From Nymphaea colorata (lineage: Eukaryota), in NCBI RefSeq assembly GCF_008831285.2, contig NC_045138.2, forward strand, positions 21,824,001-21,888,000: DNA of 64,000 bases, given 5' to 3'. Positions 61,897 to 64,000 of this stretch are shown piece after piece (the stretch's first letter is position 1; every line of letters starts with the position of its first letter). A program made the translations under genes and the position numbers. The notes below the pieces were generated by a model that was not told the origin of the DNA, did no database searches, and saw only the letters and a list, made by a program, of their open reading frames with translations.

Positions 61897-63922
61897 ATTT
61901 ATAGCTGCTCTTTTTTAGTTGATCGTTTTCTTGTACTTTTTTGCAACTACATCTGATTTATCGACTCCTATGTATGTTTTACTGAATAAATGTGAGAACG
62001 TCCACCAAATAAAACTACAGGCAAGTGTTCTTTTATTTGAACTGCATGGTTAATCTCCTTAATATTATGGTTAGTCAAATAGGATTTGGCGAGATATTTT
62101 TCTTGCAACTGATCATTGCTTTTATTGGAATGGCAGTATATCTTAAAGACAGTTAGCGTGATGTTTCAAGTGGCTAGCCATGTTCTCCCGATCTGCTTTT
62201 GTGTTACCTCTGTTATACAGTACTCTGCCTAAACTTTCCCCCTCAAACTAGTTCTTGATAGATCCCAAAGACCAAGTTTGTTCTGAAGTTCTAAAAATGG
62301 CTCGCAAGATATTAGATCTATATGAACATTAGAAACAAAATCACCAGGTCCGAATTTTCCCATCGTTTTTTCCTTTTTTTTTTTTTTTACAAAACACAAA
62401 ACGGGAACCTTGATCAATGTTGTGCTTTTTTATGGTCCATGGGTTCAGGAAGATGCACATTACAGCAGTTGGATTAAGTATGAGCTCGACATTTATGCAC
62501 AAACACCAAGATCTAAGATCATAAAAATAGGAAAGACAAAATCCAAACGCTTCCGAAAGCTTATTACCATAAATTATTTCTTCCCTGAATTTATACTTAA
62601 AGCTCCTGAAAAATGGCTTATACTACCTTTAATGCAAAGAAATACCAAATAAGGCAGGATTAAAAGCCAATGAAGTAACTCATCAAGCTGTTAATTCACC
62701 ATCGTTGTCCATGATAAAATCCAATGCAAAATACTCAACAAAAAATTGTGTATTATGCTTCATAGCTTGGCCATATTGAACTTTAGGCTTCTCATGGCAT
62801 GGAGGTTTTAAGCCAATCACTACCGCCATTGTTCTTTGGGGCAAAGAACGGGCGATGGGGCTAATGGGCGGTGGTGGCGACAGGGCGTTACCCTTTTTAC
62901 TCGCGCAGCAAGTGTTGTGAGACTTGCTTTCTTGCAGGAGACCCACCACACCACACACAGACACACACAGAGAGCGAGAGAGAGACGTACCAAGGATTGA
63001 AGGCCTCAGATATTCAGCCGGCGATGGCACCAGTTCTGCCGGTGAGGCGATGGTTCTCACGAGCAGAGCGACTGATCGTGAACAGTTGATGAACTGTTGG
63101 TGGTGGCGATGAATGGTAAAATTGGATAGATCTAGAACCATCAATGTAATATAATATTTTTTACAGGAGCTAGAGTAGGAATTTTTTTTTACCAGGAGAT
63201 AGAGTAGGAAAGCTAGCGAAGGAGGCATGAAGATCATTGCAGAAAATTGTCCAAAAAGTACCGATGATTTTAGCAACATTCAAATGATCAGCTCTTTGAG
63301 AGATTGAATCTCTTGAACCAGGGGATCAAATATGCAACGTGATAAGGAAAACACAGTCTCATGATGAACATTAAGGTAAGAGAGTGAGGTGGCATTCATG
63401 GATGCATATTCGTTTCGAACCTAATTAACCACGTAACTAATGTTATCGTGGAATGCTTGGGAGTTTTTGCTAAGACGTCTTCTGCTTTTGTTTTGTAACA
63501 TTTAAATTTACACTTTTGTTAAGAGAGGCAGAATCTCATGACATTCTCAAGGAATTTTGATCTGATCAAGTTTCATAGTTAATTTGATGTCAACTAGAGC
63601 TGTAACATAAACATAAAGCAAAAACAAAAAGAAAACAACAGCATTTTGGGGACGTTAAATGTTCTACCAAAACAAAACAAATTTTGCATCGAAGAAAAGA
63701 AAACGATAACAAAAGCAGATCCAATTAAATACATCGTGTAATCTTGGACTATGAATCATATATTGCTCCATATCATTCTCCTAGGGTAAGTGAGTGCGAC
63801 TGTTTGATTTGCTGCTTATTCAGCACATGTGTAAGACAAGAAAGGACGCAATCTGGCGATACATAATTAATTAAATCCATGTCGGCCAGATAAGGACGAG
63901 TTTGATCAGCATGCTTGTGATC

Positions 63923-64000
63923 TGGGGCGAAGCCAGAAATTTTTCATGAGGCAAGCCAAATTAAAGTTTGACTAAGGCCGAAATATCATTTTTCAAATTT
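63923..64000 (+). mobile_element. Start of a MITE (truncated by window end)
   Basis: ggggcgaagccagaaatttt terminus, related to the end at ~7545. Confidence 0.5.

Noticed and set aside
62683..63279. 198-aa ORF as a protein-coding gene
   Set aside because: Non-ATG start, crosses microsatellite and AT-rich sequence, no recognisable motifs.

Overview
Eukaryotic (flowering-plant) nuclear DNA: AT-rich, with spliceosomal introns and plant transposons. It holds four apparently intact spliced genes: a BTB/POZ protein (15599-20261, +), an uncharacterised ~230-aa protein (26587-27510, +), an ~822-aa coiled-coil/UVR-motif protein (35737-28477, -) and a 7-exon cysteine-rich receptor-like kinase (57411-61896, +). 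Transposons include a full-length but mutated Ty3/gypsy chromovirus (44087-49556, perfect ATAAT TSD), an internally deleted Ty1/copia (22567-25912), older copia, hAT, CACTA and LINE remnants, and many MITEs. The most unusual structure is in the first 14 kb. A head-to-tail tandem duplication (1259-8078 / 8082-13724) carries a long inverted repeat in each unit, built from a decayed group-C Raf-like protein kinase gene. The HRDxKPENMLL motif is recognisable in all four arms, and the lobes are interleaved as N-> <-C C-> <-N. This is a candidate kinase-derived hairpin-RNA / proto-MIRNA pair, and the supplied ORF track does not show it as a kinase. All alignments were done by eye; expression and small-RNA production cannot be seen from sequence alone.
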